Source: a virus | Taxonomy: Duplodnaviria > Caudoviricetes | Length of the DNA: 25,668 nt | IMG/VR virus record: IMGVR_UViG_3300030708_000512 | Location: 1-25,668 of that record | Reading direction: 5' to 3' (one strand) | Shown here: one piece after another, positions 14,764 to 24,235 of the stretch | Position numbering within the stretch: position 1 is the first letter of the stretch | Layout: every line of letters begins with the position of its first letter | Made by a program: the position numbers and the translations under genes | The notes under the pieces: model-generated | What the model was told of the DNA's origin: nothing | Databases searched by the model: none | The model's input: the letters and a program-made list of their open reading frames with translations, nothing else

Positions 14764-17209
14764 ATATCTCATCAGACTCGATATTACACGTGGTAGTCTG
14801 AGCTCCTTTCCTATTACGAATCTTAGATGTTAGTATAGGTTTATTACCTTTAAGTATGCTTACAGTAAACCCTTTCCTGTCAATAGTGTAATCTCCTGTA
14901 GTCATTCCTGCTATCACTTCTCGTATCTGAGACGAGGTTACTTGTTTAGCACTTTCATCAGAATAGTTCTTGGCATTTAATATACTAAATGGATTAGTAT
15001 CAGTTCCTGCTAACGCTGTCATTAATGAAAAAGCTTTATCTTCTCTTTCCCTTTGAGGTCCTGAAAGTTTCTCTAGATAATCCATCTCATCCATATGCAT
15101 TAGATTAGTAACTATATCCCGTCTTGCGTTATTGTATTCTCTTCTCTCGTACTTATCGAAAGAGGTAACATCTATACCTTTATACTTATCGTTAAATATA
15201 CTCATCAGCTCTATGGTCTTGTCTGCCATTTTTTTAATAGGATGTTGAGCTCCATATTTTTCTTGAGAGTATATTCTAGCCTGTTCTTGAGCTGAGGCTC
15301 TAGTGTTTTGAAATTCAAAGGCTCCTGTGCTATCAGGTGCTCTGTTAGTCGGAGCATCTTTACTCATGGCTTGAGCATGTTTATCTCTGAAAGATGCGAT
15401 TCTTTTAGCTTGTGCTTTTGCTAAATCAACTATGGAAGAATCAGCTCCCTTATCTATTAAAGGAGATGTAAGCTTTTCCCATGTATCATCATTATTGATA
15501 GTATCTAAAGATTGATTACCAAGGTCTGACCTTTCTCCAGAAGTGGTTGCGAACTTATCTGATATCGGAAGTAATCCAGTAGCCATTATTCTAGCTCTTT
15601 CAGAGTTTGATAATCCTAACTCATCACATATTTTTTGTCTTGATTCTTGAGAGCCAATACTTAAAAAAGAGTCTGCTTTGTTTGTATCTCCCGCTCCACC
15701 TCCAATTGCTTCAGCTGCGTCTATATCTAAAGGACCTGTAAGTTTGTTTGCGTCTATATTTCCTATTCTACTAACAGGAGTAATATCATCTAAAGTTCCT
15801 GTATTTACAATAGCTTTCCAATGTACAGATTCAGCATCTTTCATTGCCATAGAGAATGCTACTTTTACAAGGTCAGGTAGGTCAGAGAATACACTACCAA
15901 AATTTTGAACATCGGATATCGCATGGTCTAGTAAGGGGTGATTAAAACCTTCCCCGTTGATATTAGCATCAAGTCTCATGGACATATCCGCTAACTTATT
16001 TAAAGTTTCTCTCTTTACATCTATAGCTTGTCCTATTGCAGAGAAGATATCAGACAGACCATCTTTCAATCTGTTAAATTCTTTCTCATCTCCTCTTGCT
16101 TTGGCTTGTTGAGTGGCTAGGATAACTTTAGTTAATTTAACAGACATCTCATTAAGCTCACCTCTTACTTTATAAAATCCTCCTGTAGGAGATACGGTAG
16201 TCTGACGCTGAAGAAAGTTTTCATCCGAATCACACATCTTCATGTTGGATAGTTTTACACCTAAGTTCCTAACTGCGCTTTGTCTTCCAGGAGCCACTAA
16301 CACACCTTGATAGTTTTCAAAAGCTTTTGCTCCTTGCATGTCCAAACCTAAATCACTCTCAAAACCTCTCATCTCTCGTATAAGTAAAGGCTCAGTATCG
16401 TTTGTATTGTCAGAAGAGTCGTTAGAGAGATTACCATACATTAACGCATCTTTAGCTCTACCAGGACTTCCAATAAAAAATTTATTTCTCAAAGCTTGAG
16501 TTTTTGAATTGTTAGGAATACATCCGTCTACAGTTTCGGTTGATATGTCAGCCATGTCTTTTAAATCTGCCAACAATTCAGAATAAGATTCAGTGGATGG
16601 ATTATCTATATTATTACCTGTAACTTTACTTAGTACCTTATGTAAATCTGTAGATAATTTTTGACCAGGGTCAGAGGATAAAAATCTTAGTTTATTTTCC
16701 ATCTGCTCGTAACTTCCAGGAGTCTCCGTCTCATCTAAAGCTCTAGACAGTGATAGCATCGTATCATTAATCTGCTGTTCTATTGGACTTAACTCAACTT
16801 CTTCTTCTGCACCTACTTCTTCATCTCCTCCTTTTTCTATAAGATACTCTAAGTATGCTTGTAATTTAGGAGCCAATGCTTCACTAACTTTAGGAGTTCT
16901 AAATCCTGAATGAAGTCTTAGGTTAGGGTCTCCTTCTCGTTTTTCAATATCTCCCGCCTGAGCTTTGGAGGCTTCCCCTTCAATCGTGTTGACATTTGCA
17001 TTGGGAAGATTATCATACCATTGTTGATAAATATTTCTTGGTATTCTATAAACAATATTTTTAAATGTTTCTAACTCAGGAGATGTTATACCTGCCTGCT
17101 GTAAAGAAGTTGGAACCCTACCCTCACTCAATAACTCAGAAGTAGAAAACTTATAAGTCTTCTTCCTAAGCTTTCCGTATGATTCAAGTAGAGAGTCGAA
17201 AGGATTCAT
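14753..17209 (-). CDS. large hypothetical protein (about 818 aa), possibly virion-packaged
   Basis: long uninterrupted ORF after the tail tube gene; ATG 17209 preferred over TTG 17215; no family recognised. Confidence 0.75.
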   Translation of the reverse strand: MNPFDSLLESYGKLRKKTYKFSTSELLSEGRVPTSLQQAGITSPELETFKNIVYRIPRNIYQQWYDNLPNANVNTIEGEASKAQAGDIEKREGDPNLRLHSGFRTPKVSEALAPKLQAYLEYLIEKGGDEEVGAEEEVELSPIEQQINDTMLSLSRALDETETPGSYEQMENKLRFLSSDPGQKLSTDLHKVLSKVTGNNIDNPSTESYSELLADLKDMADISTETVDGCIPNNSKTQALRNKFFIGSPGRAKDALMYGNLSNDSSDNTNDTEPLLIREMRGFESDLGLDMQGAKAFENYQGVLVAPGRQSAVRNLGVKLSNMKMCDSDENFLQRQTTVSPTGGFYKVRGELNEMSVKLTKVILATQQAKARGDEKEFNRLKDGLSDIFSAIGQAIDVKRETLNKLADMSMRLDANINGEGFNHPLLDHAISDVQNFGSVFSDLPDLVKVAFSMAMKDAESVHWKAIVNTGTLDDITPVSRIGNIDANKLTGPLDIDAAEAIGGGAGDTNKADSFLSIGSQESRQKICDELGLSNSERARIMATGLLPISDKFATTSGERSDLGNQSLDTINNDDTWEKLTSPLIDKGADSSIVDLAKAQAKRIASFRDKHAQAMSKDAPTNRAPDSTGAFEFQNTRASAQEQARIYSQEKYGAQHPIKKMADKTIELMSIFNDKYKGIDVTSFDKYERREYNNARRDIVTNLMHMDEMDYLEKLSGPQREREDKAFSLMTALAGTDTNPFSILNAKNYSDESAKQVTSSQIREVIAGMTTGDYTIDRKGFTVSILKGNKPILTSKIRNRKGAQTTTCNIESDEISKL

Positions 17210-17219
17210 TTTCAAAGAG

Positions 17220-17255
17220 AATAGGATAGCTCTTAACTGGTAGAACTATCCTATT
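17220..17255 (-). terminator. 14-bp hairpin after the tail tube gene (terminator or translational regulator)
   Basis: minus AATAGGATAGTTCT-ACCAGTTA-AGAGCTATCCTATT, then a weak tail CTCTTTG. Confidence 0.55.
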
Positions 17256-17277
17256 ATTATAGTCAGTGTTTTAAAAA

Positions 17278-17847
17278 TTAATCAAGACCTGAGTACTGAA
17301 CTGCAAAGTCATATCGAATTTCTACTTCTAGAGTATGGAATTCGTTTGTACTGTAATTGAAGTCAGCAAGTTTCCAAGACTTAGGATAAGCTCCGTACAA
17401 GTTAATATGCTTAACAGGGAACATAGCATTGTCAAGTTGGAATATCTTGATATGTGATTTAAAACTTCCATTACCACTCATAAACTGTGGTGTGAACACT
17501 CCGTTAACTGGGTCGTAAGTATTTGACATGTAGTCGTACAAGGTTTCAGCGACTCCACCTTTAACTAGATTATCAAAAGTAATAGTAACCACTTCAGGAG
17601 TAACTTTACCAGGATAGTAAAACTTATCATTTACTCTATCCGCTACGATATCTTCAGAAGTAAAAGAAATCTGAGATACTTTCTTAGCAGCTAGAGTTAA
17701 AGTTTCAGGTCCTGGGAATCCTGTAGGTAGTTCTATTTCTACTTCCCATTGATATGCACGGAATGATTCGAGTGAGTGTGATAACGTTGGAAGCTCACCA
17801 TCATTTAGGGTTCGTTGTGTTTGTGTTGCGTAGTATGCGTTTGCCAT
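17278..17847 (-). CDS. tail tube protein, T4 gp19-like
   Basis: 'YYPGKVT...TITFD', 'LYGAYPKSW...FNYS...LEVEIRYD'; directly after sheath; GGAG SD. Confidence 0.88.
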   Translation of the reverse strand: MANAYYATQTQRTLNDGELPTLSHSLESFRAYQWEVEIELPTGFPGPETLTLAAKKVSQISFTSEDIVADRVNDKFYYPGKVTPEVVTITFDNLVKGGVAETLYDYMSNTYDPVNGVFTPQFMSGNGSFKSHIKIFQLDNAMFPVKHINLYGAYPKSWKLADFNYSTNEFHTLEVEIRYDFAVQYSGLD

Positions 17848-17861
17848 TTAAAAGGTCTCCG

Positions 17862-17871
17862 TATTATATAG
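17862..17871 (-). promoter_or_regulatory. putative late promoter CTATATAATA
   Basis: in the 26-bp sheath-tube spacer, upstream of the GGAG SD. Confidence 0.5.
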
Positions 17872-17873
17872 CT

Positions 17874-19961
17874 TTAGACACCGAGGTCTGCAGATTGGTT
17901 AGTGAGATTAAGTTCAAAGACGAGAACTTCAGCCGTTTTCGTAGGTTTAATTAAAACTCTACACCATAATTCATTCCTATCGATTCTGAGAGGAGTGTTT
18001 GTAGTCTCATCACAGATTACTCTAAACTCAGTTATACCTCTACGACGACGGATGTCATCAAGGGCTGGGTTAAGTAGACCTGATACCCTTGACCATGTAA
18101 GAGGGTCATTAGGTTCAAAGATTAAGCTACGAGTTGCTTGTAGTATCATCTTACGGATTGTAATCATCATTCTACGAACATTTACCCTATCAAGAGCACT
18201 TGGTGTTCTTTGAGCTGTTCTTTGTCCCCAGATACAAATTCCATCTTGAGCAAATTTAGCTATAGGGTTAATAGCGTTTCCTGGTTGATATAGTTGGTCT
18301 CTATCCCCTTGATTTAGAATAACTTCTATATCTGTAGGTTTAGTTAATCTACCACGAGTTAGACCTGCAGGAGCGAACCAAGGGTCGGCAACTGCATCCG
18401 TATGAGCCATTACAGAGATAGCGTAGGCTGCTGGGTCAATGTATTTGTCTGTTTTAGTTTCAACATCGAATATTTTTAACCACGGCCAATATATTGCAGC
18501 GTAGCTAGTGTTGATTGCAGCTGTTCTACCATCTCCTTTACCGTTGTGCCAGTTAAGTGCTTTTTGAGCAGTTGTCAAGCCTTCAGGAGGTGAGACTACC
18601 GCTAAGAAGTTTTGAGATGTTTCAGCCAAAGTTATCAATTCGTTTTGAACGTTCTGTTCTGTGATGCCTGGAACACATGCCATTGAGATGTTTAGAGCAT
18701 CATCATCTAGAGCGTGAATCCCTGTCTTGGTTGCTTTGACACCCATCAGAGCTGATTTAACATCACCTGTTATTGCTCCTCCTGCTGCGTCACCATTTGC
18801 TCCCCCAGAAAGGTCGTAAGTTCCTGCTATGAGTTTCATAAACCTAGGCGTAGCGTTAGTTCCATAACCGTTACCAGCAAAGACGTCAACGTTTCCAGCC
18901 GCGAAAGTTCCTGAGAATACAGTAGGAGGTGTCCAATCATTTACTGTTCTGGCAGGTAGTTCAGCCAAGAACTGTGCTTTGATGTATTCAGATTTGAGGT
19001 CTGTTTCACCTGTATTGATTTCGTCTTCAGGGAAGTTTCCAGCAGAAGCTCCATCTTTCATCATACTTAACTGCCATCCTTCAGATACAACTCCTTCTTT
19101 AACTAGGTCAAACTGAACGTTCTTACCTGCTAAAGATTTAACTTCTACTTTCAAGCCATGATTAACTACTCCGGTAGCTAAAGATTGAGCAGAAGCGTTG
19201 TAACCTTTTCCTGAGTATAGAGACTCAACCATATAAGCTCCACCTGCATCAGTTCTTTCTACTGTAGCTCCGCAAGCACTAGCTGAAATTTCTCCATTTC
19301 CTGCTGCTGCTCCTGCACTAACATCATAAGCTCTTGCCCAGTTAGCGGCTGAATAGCCTGCGATATCTGCGGCTGCAGTAGATGATACTTGTAATGCTGC
19401 GTTCATACCTGCATCCTTACCTACGAAAACTACAGAAGATGTATCACTCCCTGATACTGCTGTCCATGCCCAGTCATTAGTTTGAACTGCTGCTTGAGCA
19501 TCTAAAACAGATTGGGAAGGTTCTGTTCCTGTGTTAACTGTAAGTGAATAGCCCGCTCCTCCTGGAGTATTGTCTGAGCCATTTGAACCTGTAGATGAGA
19601 AGTTAAATACAACTGTTTTGTTTTTAGGTATCGCAGATACTTCTACAGCAGGACAAGCACCCCAAGCTACACCCGCTGATGCGTCTGCAGCTGTGGCTGA
19701 GTTTTCTGCTCTAACGAAGTATATCGCGTTAGTTCTTGATAGTATTTCCAAAGCAGCTAGAATAGCTTGACCTCCGTCAACTCTCTCTTGTTTTCCAAAA
19801 GTTCTAATGAGTTGCGCTGGGCTAGTTATTAAAGTTGCTTCGTTAGGCTTACCTTGTGAGGCAAAGCCTACAACCCCTGCTATTGATGAGTTTACAGCTG
19901 GAGCATATTCTGAGAAGTCTTTCTCAACTACGTAGTTTCCTGGGCTTGAGTATATTGGCAT
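17874..19961 (-). CDS. contractile tail sheath protein, T4 gp18-like
   Basis: 'SPGNYVVEKD', 'YAAIYWPW', 'PWFAPAGLTRG', 'INPI', 'WGQRT', 'DRVNVRR', 'FEPND'. Confidence 0.95.
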   Translation of the reverse strand: MPIYSSPGNYVVEKDFSEYAPAVNSSIAGVVGFASQGKPNEATLITSPAQLIRTFGKQERVDGGQAILAALEILSRTNAIYFVRAENSATAADASAGVAWGACPAVEVSAIPKNKTVVFNFSSTGSNGSDNTPGGAGYSLTVNTGTEPSQSVLDAQAAVQTNDWAWTAVSGSDTSSVVFVGKDAGMNAALQVSSTAAADIAGYSAANWARAYDVSAGAAAGNGEISASACGATVERTDAGGAYMVESLYSGKGYNASAQSLATGVVNHGLKVEVKSLAGKNVQFDLVKEGVVSEGWQLSMMKDGASAGNFPEDEINTGETDLKSEYIKAQFLAELPARTVNDWTPPTVFSGTFAAGNVDVFAGNGYGTNATPRFMKLIAGTYDLSGGANGDAAGGAITGDVKSALMGVKATKTGIHALDDDALNISMACVPGITEQNVQNELITLAETSQNFLAVVSPPEGLTTAQKALNWHNGKGDGRTAAINTSYAAIYWPWLKIFDVETKTDKYIDPAAYAISVMAHTDAVADPWFAPAGLTRGRLTKPTDIEVILNQGDRDQLYQPGNAINPIAKFAQDGICIWGQRTAQRTPSALDRVNVRRMMITIRKMILQATRSLIFEPNDPLTWSRVSGLLNPALDDIRRRRGITEFRVICDETTNTPLRIDRNELWCRVLIKPTKTAEVLVFELNLTNQSADLGV

Positions 19962-19963
19962 GG

Positions 19964-20143
19964 TTAATTAGTTTTTTGTAAGGAGACTACTTTACGACGT
20001 GCAAGCTCGTGGAGCGTCTCAGTGATGAATGTCTCTGGCATACTCACGGAAGCTCGTGGGCTAAGCCAGTAGTGGATGTATTTCTGACCATCGCGAAAAA
20101 TTACTTCGCGACCTTGTTTTGTTTCATTTTTTACAGTAATCAT
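19964..20143 (-). CDS. small hypothetical protein (59 aa), not in ORF track
   Basis: hand-translated MITVKNETKQGREVIFRDGQKYIHYWLSPRASVSMPETFITETLHELARRKVVSLQKTN; GAGG SD; stop 2 nt before the sheath ATG. Confidence 0.75.
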   Translation of the reverse strand: MITVKNETKQGREVIFRDGQKYIHYWLSPRASVSMPETFITETLHELARRKVVSLQKTN

Positions 20144-20159
20144 AAAGTTACCTCTATGT

Positions 20160-20167
20160 TATTTATG
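20160..20167 (-). promoter_or_regulatory. putative late promoter CATAAATA
   Basis: one mismatch to T4 TATAAATA; 16 nt upstream of ATG 20143; heads the sheath-tube unit. Confidence 0.55.
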
Positions 20168-20206
20168 GAGGCTAGAGTGCTATTTTGCTAAAATAAAAGT
20201 AAATGT

Positions 20207-20965
20207 TTAAGCACTACTAGCAGACAGCTCTCCTCCGAATTTATCGCCTGTAGAAGGTAACCCTCCCGGTGATTGTATTGAAGTTACGTTAGAAGCTCCA
20301 TCACCTGTAAATTCAAAATCAAGACCTATCAATCGAAGCTCTCCATTAGAAGTAACTAAGTATTTTCTATTGGGTAAGTAAGTTTCTACAGATACTACTA
20401 TTAGTTTTCTTAATACTCTATCTTGTTTATCAGCTACCGTAACAACAGAATTATCAGTTACTTGAGATATAAAAGCCTTAGAGTTAGTAGCTCTAGAAGT
20501 TGTAATATCTAAGGAAGGGTTAAATAGAGTTAGAACATTTTCTAATATCTGATTAACATCTTCTACGTACTTTGCCCAGACATTTATGGAAAAAGTAATA
20601 TTAACAGCTTTAGGGACAGTAGAAACTATTCTTCGAGCTACGTTATGTTTGTGGTCATATACAGTCTCTATATCTAAATTAAAATTAGAACGTCTCCTAT
20701 CTATATCCTCGTCTATATCACCTAAAGCCACAGTTATAACAGGTAGAGTTAAATTTCTATCCTCTTTCATTTTTGCTATGGCTCGTTCAGGGTTTGCGAA
20801 GAATACAGTAGGGTTTATTGATTGGTTTTCAGAATCAAGTATCTCCACAGTTTTCATTTTCTTTATCATGAAATCTGTATGCTCTCTGTAAAAATTTGTT
20901 TTATCCACAGGAGCCTGTAAATCTAGCTCTTGAATTTTCTTCCTAAAGTAATCGTAACCTCTCAT
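20207..20965 (-). CDS. tail terminator / sheath stabilizer, T4 gp15-like
   Basis: 'LPVITV', 'PKAVNITFSINVWAKYVEDVNQILENVLTLFNP'; follows gp13 and gp14. Confidence 0.75.
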   Translation of the reverse strand: MRGYDYFRKKIQELDLQAPVDKTNFYREHTDFMIKKMKTVEILDSENQSINPTVFFANPERAIAKMKEDRNLTLPVITVALGDIDEDIDRRRSNFNLDIETVYDHKHNVARRIVSTVPKAVNITFSINVWAKYVEDVNQILENVLTLFNPSLDITTSRATNSKAFISQVTDNSVVTVADKQDRVLRKLIVVSVETYLPNRKYLVTSNGELRLIGLDFEFTGDGASNVTSIQSPGGLPSTGDKFGGELSASSA

Positions 20966-21534
20966 TATTCTATATCCGAATCAGGGATGAACTGTGTACC
21001 CAGTAGGTCTTCTGCGTCTCTTAACAGTTTTGCTGCACAAACTAAATGATAAACTCCATATGCTTCGAAGCTATCTTCCTGTACTTCAAAAATTTCAAAA
21101 TACAAATTTTGGAATCTAGGACGAATTACGTCTCCAGGAATCAAAGGTCTTCCTATTGCAATCTCAGCTGCTGTTTTATTAAATGTAAATACTTGGTCGT
21201 TAGTTAACTCTATACCAAAATCATTTAATTCTTCTTCAACAGGTAGTGGGTCATAATGACCAAACAATGTAATAGGGCTGTGATAAATAACTTTTCCTGT
21301 ATTCTCTTCGTATAAATCATCAAAGTTTTCATCTCTAGTCCATCTAAAGACCATCAACTCAGACCCTGCTAATCTTACCATTTCACCATCTACTAAATCA
21401 AACAGCCTGACATCAGGATTGTTTGTATCAAACATACTCAGTTCGCTTCTATATTGCGAAGCCATATGGTCATCCGCAAAAGAAACTTTCATCTCATGTG
21501 GAGATTGATATCGTAAGTTCTCTCTTTTTACCAT
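20965..21534 (-). CDS. neck (head closure) protein, T4 gp14-like
   Basis: 'DDLYEE', 'FGIELTND..FTF', 'PGDVI', 'FEIFEV'; follows gp13. Confidence 0.75.
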   Translation of the reverse strand: MVKRENLRYQSPHEMKVSFADDHMASQYRSELSMFDTNNPDVRLFDLVDGEMVRLAGSELMVFRWTRDENFDDLYEENTGKVIYHSPITLFGHYDPLPVEEELNDFGIELTNDQVFTFNKTAAEIAIGRPLIPGDVIRPRFQNLYFEIFEVQEDSFEAYGVYHLVCAAKLLRDAEDLLGTQFIPDSDIE

Positions 21535-22421
21535 TAGAATACAGTGAATGCTGGAGGTTCTTCTATTTCACTGAACAAGACATCTTCTAGTTTTTCCATC
21601 TCGTTCATGCCTTCCTGGACAAGGGTATCGCCATTTAATCTAGCTCCTCCTCCAGGAGATGGGAGAGTATTATACTTTCCTCTAATACCTCCCAATATAA
21701 CTTTAGCGTTTGCTGTTGCGTACTTTTGTAACCAGTTAACAAAGAATGGATGTAAGGTATTACTATTCAAACTTCTAAACTGCACAATAACTTCCTCAAC
21801 CTCTTGAGGGATAGGATATACAGCTACGTATTTATTATCAACTACCTCGAACGTACCATCCCTTCCTAGAATCTTTCGAATCTGTTCTAAATGCATGGTC
21901 ATTAGCAAGAAGTCTGTAATCTGAAAATCTTTAAATAAGAAATTATCTTGAAAATATTTTATAAAAAAATCAAATTCTAAAGTTCCCTCTTGCTGTGCTA
22001 CTGACAGTAAAGATTTTTTATAAACCACATACTGTAAATTATTCATAACAAACCTAGGAAGTTCGTACATGTTCCTATTTTTCTGAGTTCTAAAGGTCAT
22101 GTAATTAGTACACCAATTAGGAGCGTGGTAATCTAGTTTAGAAACAGCTTCATCTATAACAGTTAGTATTTGATGGTCTGTTAACTCTACTCTAATAACA
22201 GGTGAACCTAATCGAGATAGTATAGAGTCTTTTAGGATTGTATAAAATTTAGAAAACTCCACGGTATCAGAAAATCTACTTCTATTTAAAGTGTCGTAAT
22301 CTATCTCTCCAAATTGTTTCTGTATAGAGCTAGTGTTAAAAGTTGCAGGAGTACCACTTCCAGGAAAATCACCAGCAGTGTTTCCAAAGTTAGTGTCGGG
22401 GATTACAGGATTTATTGCCAT
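21534..22421 (-). CDS. neck (head-tail adaptor) protein, T4 gp13-like
   Basis: 'RLGSPVIRVELTDHQI', 'WLQKYATANAKVILGGIRGKY..LPSPGGGARLNG'. Confidence 0.85.
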   Translation of the reverse strand: MAINPVIPDTNFGNTAGDFPGSGTPATFNTSSIQKQFGEIDYDTLNRSRFSDTVEFSKFYTILKDSILSRLGSPVIRVELTDHQILTVIDEAVSKLDYHAPNWCTNYMTFRTQKNRNMYELPRFVMNNLQYVVYKKSLLSVAQQEGTLEFDFFIKYFQDNFLFKDFQITDFLLMTMHLEQIRKILGRDGTFEVVDNKYVAVYPIPQEVEEVIVQFRSLNSNTLHPFFVNWLQKYATANAKVILGGIRGKYNTLPSPGGGARLNGDTLVQEGMNEMEKLEDVLFSEIEEPPAFTVF

Positions 22422-22594
22422 TATTTTTTACTTTTTTTCTTAGTTGATTTAGTTTTGGGGGAAGTAGGCTCTGCTTCTAATCCATAGCTTAAAAGACATT
22501 CTTTTGATATTACAGATTCTCCAGGCTGTAGCAACTTAGTTTCTCCGTCAACTTTGACAAAGCATGGAGCCGTTTTGTTGTTTGTGTATTTCAT
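22421..22594 (-). CDS. small hypothetical protein (57 aa) with Lys-rich tail, not in ORF track
   Basis: hand-translated MKYTNNKTAPCFVKVDGETKLLQPGESVISKECLLSYGLEAEPTSPKTKSTKKKSKK; GAGGG SD; TAATG coupling to gp13. Confidence 0.75.
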   Translation of the reverse strand: MKYTNNKTAPCFVKVDGETKLLQPGESVISKECLLSYGLEAEPTSPKTKSTKKKSKK

Positions 22595-22617
22595 AAAAGT
22601 CCCTCATCTTATATACG

Positions 22618-22647
22618 AAAGAAGAGAGCCCGAAAGCTCCCTTCTTT
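22618..22647 (-). terminator. intrinsic terminator after the major capsid gene
   Basis: minus AAAGAAGGGAGCT-TTCG-GGCTCTCTTCTTT with a UUCG tetraloop. Confidence 0.8.
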
Positions 22648-22672
22648 GTAAAAACTATTGCGAGTTTAATTA

Positions 22673-24220
22673 TTACTCGACTGCGAAATTTCCGAAAGCT
22701 GAATCTATCTTCGCGCCTGGTGTTACTAAGTAACGAGAAGCCGATGCGCCAATGATACGAATCATGCGGTAGAAGCGAGCTTCTGGAGTTACCGCAGCTT
22801 TACCATAACGAGTAATCAAACCTTTACGTGGTTGGAACGTATCAGGGTCAACTACTGTTGGTAGCATTTGTAGTGGGATATATGGAGCGTAAACTAAGCC
22901 ACCTTCCATAGCATTGTTGCCTTTATAACCCATAAGGATTTCATCCTCAGGGAAGAGAGGGTCAACATAAACATCGTACTGTCCCATCCACTTACCTTTG
23001 TAAGTGATGTTCGCACCTAGTGAGCCAGCTTCGTCTTGCATAATACCACCTTCTAGTTTAGCTGAAGATTGAATCATAGCAGCGACTAGTGGAGATGTAA
23101 TGAGGAAGTTACCAGCACCACGGTAAGTGGTTTTGTAAATGTCTTGAGCAGCCATGTTGATGACAGCGACTAAGTTCGCGTACACCTCACCGGCATGACG
23201 TGGAGCCATTCCAAGTGCTGATGTGTTGAAGTCAACGAAGAATACGTTTTTGTCAGTGCCACGTGGGTTAGAACCTGCAGTGAATCCGTATTGGTAATCA
23301 CCAAGGTTATTTGAGTTTACACCGGCAGCAGCTTCTTGTGGGAACTGGTTTGAATTACCTAGGTCCATCATAGCACGGTCAAATAGACCAAACTTAGTAC
23401 CGTCAGCATTTGCATGTGCATCGTAAGCCATTGAGCGTAAGTCTTCAATCAATTCACGGTCAATTTCTAGAGCAACTTCCTTACCTAATAGGTCAGTAAG
23501 TTCACGCTCTAAATCAAGGTTGTGATATGCTTTCAAGTCTTGAGAAGCTTCAATTGTCCACAAGGCACGGAATTTACGTGTCTTGGCGACAACAGCTTGT
23601 TGCTCAATGTGGAAGTTAATCTCAGGGATTGACCTTCCTGACAACGCTTCACCAGCAGATGTGTGCCATTGTGAAGTTTGGCTTGAAGTTGGGAATGCAG
23701 CGATTCCTCCACCAACAGTTCTGTTGTCCATAGAACCAGATACAGAAGAAGCTTGAACACCCAAAGGAGTTTCAAGAACTAGAGTATCTAGGTCACCTAT
23801 GTTACCTTGACCTGTAGCCTCACCGATGTTATCTACGTTCGAGCCGTAAGTGACATCATACTTACCATAAATGGTTTGTGCGTGAGATACGTCATCAGAA
23901 GTGTCTTTGCTTAAACGGTCATATCCTAGGTAGAATACCTGAGAAACAGGACCTTGCATAGGCTGTACACTGATTACTTTGTTAGCGATTAGCTCCGGGA
24001 ATACCCGGCGTACGAGTGGGAAGGCAAATTTTTGAAAAGTACCTAGGTCGCCTACTGCTGTTTCTTCATTAAGAACTCCATTCTTAGCTTGCTCGTTTAG
24101 AACGTGGCGAGCTTGGTTTTCAAGAAGAACTGCTGTAGTCTCACGAGTATACGAATCATCAATTCCCTCTAGAATTGGTGCCCATTTGTCACATAGGGCT
24201 TTAGAATTATTGTTTTCCAT
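22673..24220 (-). CDS. major capsid protein, T4 gp23-like
   Basis: 'KWAPIL', 'LLENQ', 'PLVRRVFP', 'VQPMQGP', 'AKTRKFRALWTIEASQDLKAYH', 'EIDREL', 'YAPYIPL', 'FQPRKGLITRYG'. Confidence 0.96.
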   Translation of the reverse strand: MENNNSKALCDKWAPILEGIDDSYTRETTAVLLENQARHVLNEQAKNGVLNEETAVGDLGTFQKFAFPLVRRVFPELIANKVISVQPMQGPVSQVFYLGYDRLSKDTSDDVSHAQTIYGKYDVTYGSNVDNIGEATGQGNIGDLDTLVLETPLGVQASSVSGSMDNRTVGGGIAAFPTSSQTSQWHTSAGEALSGRSIPEINFHIEQQAVVAKTRKFRALWTIEASQDLKAYHNLDLERELTDLLGKEVALEIDRELIEDLRSMAYDAHANADGTKFGLFDRAMMDLGNSNQFPQEAAAGVNSNNLGDYQYGFTAGSNPRGTDKNVFFVDFNTSALGMAPRHAGEVYANLVAVINMAAQDIYKTTYRGAGNFLITSPLVAAMIQSSAKLEGGIMQDEAGSLGANITYKGKWMGQYDVYVDPLFPEDEILMGYKGNNAMEGGLVYAPYIPLQMLPTVVDPDTFQPRKGLITRYGKAAVTPEARFYRMIRIIGASASRYLVTPGAKIDSAFGNFAVE

Positions 24221-24235
24221 GATTGTGAGTATTTG

